Shown: piece after piece, positions 62,135-64,000 of the stretch
Position numbering within the stretch: position 1 is the stretch's first letter
Layout: each line of letters begins with the position of its first letter
Source of the DNA: Puccinia triticina
Taxonomy: Eukaryota
Length of the DNA: 64,000 nt
Direction: 5' to 3'
Assembly (NCBI GenBank): GCA_026914245.1
Contig: CP110439.1
Coordinates: forward strand, 3,038,001 to 3,102,000
Program-made: the position numbers and the translations under genes
The notes under the pieces: model-generated
What the model was told of the DNA's origin: nothing
The model's input: the letters and a program-made list of their open reading frames with translations, nothing else
The model's database searches: none

Positions 62135-63996
62135 TTATTTGTTGGTTATCTGATGGGGAGCCTGAGGGATCAGAAATGGAGAGGTAGGCTGCTTCGTCCT
62201 CCAATGGGTTAGAAAGTCGACGGTAATGGCCTGCGCAAGCTCATGCGGGTCTGGCTTTTTTTGAAGTGGTAATATCTTCCCTGGCGACTGGAATGCTGGT
62301 TGGAAGATTTGGAGCAGGTATGCTGACAGATTCTTCCAAATTGGTTCCTCGGGTGTGCGAGGGACTTTTGAGTGCTGAGTTATCACAGCCATTGACTGAA
62401 TGAACGACATACATTCAGACACAGGGGTGTGACGGTAATTTTTCGAAGCGATGAAGAGGCCTCGAACCCCACCGAGAACAAAGTAGGTGAGGGGCTGGAA
62501 GTTATGCCTGGATTGGAATAATTGCAGTCGCCGTGTAGCAGCTTTATTGGCCTTGACGGGAGAATCTTGGGAAGTTGAATTGAGCGCAGAGGGGTTGGAT
62601 ACTGATGAGTTGCCTGAGGCTTTCTTGGCTCGGGATTGTTGCTGGAGCTGGCTGTTTGTTAACGGAGGTCCACTGAGGGCGTGTACTTGGAAAATGACGT
62701 AGCCCATGAAGACATCTATGATGGTCTTCGCAAAATCTGTCAGGACATCGATGGCGTGAGAGCGTAAAATAATTTCAACATCCGGGGCAGCCGAGGTTGG
62801 TTGAGAGTCTGGAGGTGTTTCATAAGTGGAGAGAGATTTCTTCAGCCCTTCAGCCCATTCGAGGACCTGAAGGCCTTGGGTGAGGGTGTCGTGATTGGTA
62901 TCAGGAGTCGGAGGTGGAGGGTTGTAGAGCTTGAAAGCCATGACCTCAACGGAAGCAGCAACAACTTTGGCCCAATCAGTTATGACGGTGGCGGGTGGAC
63001 TTTGAAGGCGGTGGAGAAAACGGATGATGGTGGACTCAGGATGTTTAGATTTTACGGTCGGGGAGATAAAAGGATTGGAGGAGCCGGTTTTCTCCCTTTC
63101 GGAGAAGACTGAAATTAAGGGAAAATCCACGACGTCTGGACAGTTCCATTGATCGTTTGGAGATGGAGCTAAAAAGTCATCGGCTGGGGCGAGAGGAGAA
63201 CACACACGTTTGTTCAGCTAAGTGATTGGATGGTATCAAAAAGGGTACTCCTGGCTTACCCACTGAGGCAATGGTTTTGATCCAGGCCGCATAGGAGCAG
63301 GTTGTTCTTTCGAAGTGCAAGTGGGGCTCGTGCGGTCCGGGGCTCTGAAGAGATTGGGCTTGGAATAGAGCAAGGTTGGACAGTGCTTCCCACGTAGTTT
63401 TGTACCGCTCCCAATTTGGCTTCACTCCACCAACTACATGATCAATCGCAGTGACCGACATTCGCACGTTGGTTGACTGGAGGATAGTTAAAGATGTCGA
63501 GGAGCCAGTGGTTCCTCCGACCCCACTGGCCGACGGGTTAGGCTGTGAGGAAGATGGCAGTTGAGAAGCCTGAGAAGTATCATTATGATCATTCCCAGGA
63601 GTGGGTTCAAGACCTGAGCCGAGGAGTTGCGTTTCCTCAGAGTGATGATGTTCGTCTACAGGGGGACAGACAAGGGTAGGGTATTTCAAAGATGTAGTCA
63701 GCTGTCAGAGCGCTTCACGGCTTGAATCAAGATGTACATGAAAAAAAGAAAGAAAAAAGACAAGGAACAATGAGGCAACATACCACCATTTACATCGGCA
63801 GAGCCAGAATTTGCACCGTGTGATGCCTCTGGTGCCGACTGGGAATCTGGGGGGTCGACGGGTTTGGAAACCTCCACCGGAGATTTAGTTTGCGTGATAG
63901 GGTTGGGATTTGTCGGGGGAGGGGTGCCAAGAGTGGTGGCTGGACGAGGTGAGGGGGCCTGTGATGTGTTGTTGGCGCCAGAGGGGGCGGCATCAT
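62135..63996 (-). CDS. Hypothetical lineage-specific protein (multi-exon; may start at or beyond the window edge)
   Basis: Collinear 356-aa and 170-aa ORFs plus a Pro-rich upstream ORF, separated by GT-AG intron-like gaps. No recognisable domain. Confidence 0.55.
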
Positions 63997-64000
63997 GACC

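Overview
Eukaryotic fungal DNA, most consistent with a rust fungus (Pucciniales, Puccinia-like). This is inferred from the short GT-AG introns, the basidiomycete-type Myo1 N-terminus and the TE types. Intact spliced housekeeping genes are SGD1/NOM1, myosin I, PET117, a PIM/PAS-like kinase, TRM6/GCD10, mitochondrial uL2 and an intron-containing tRNA-Leu(CAA). There are two candidate secreted proteins: one with a duplicated two-exon module, and one with signal peptide + RING/PHD-like finger + TM helix. TE-rich blocks include a four-level nest of non-autonomous DNA elements at a MYG1 pseudogene and a hAT/Gypsy/Copia composite. There are also several MITE families, a 1.56-kb foldback element and a decayed LINE. 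The most notable signals are (i) an HIV-type U-UUU-UUA slippery site plus hairpin that puts the Gypsy protease ORF and pol in a -1 frameshift relation, (ii) an ~83-nt nucleotide module present three times in that element, and (iii) long perfect palindromes sharing a GTACGCGCGTAC core 56 kb apart. Exon boundaries and coordinates were read by eye and no database searches were run.
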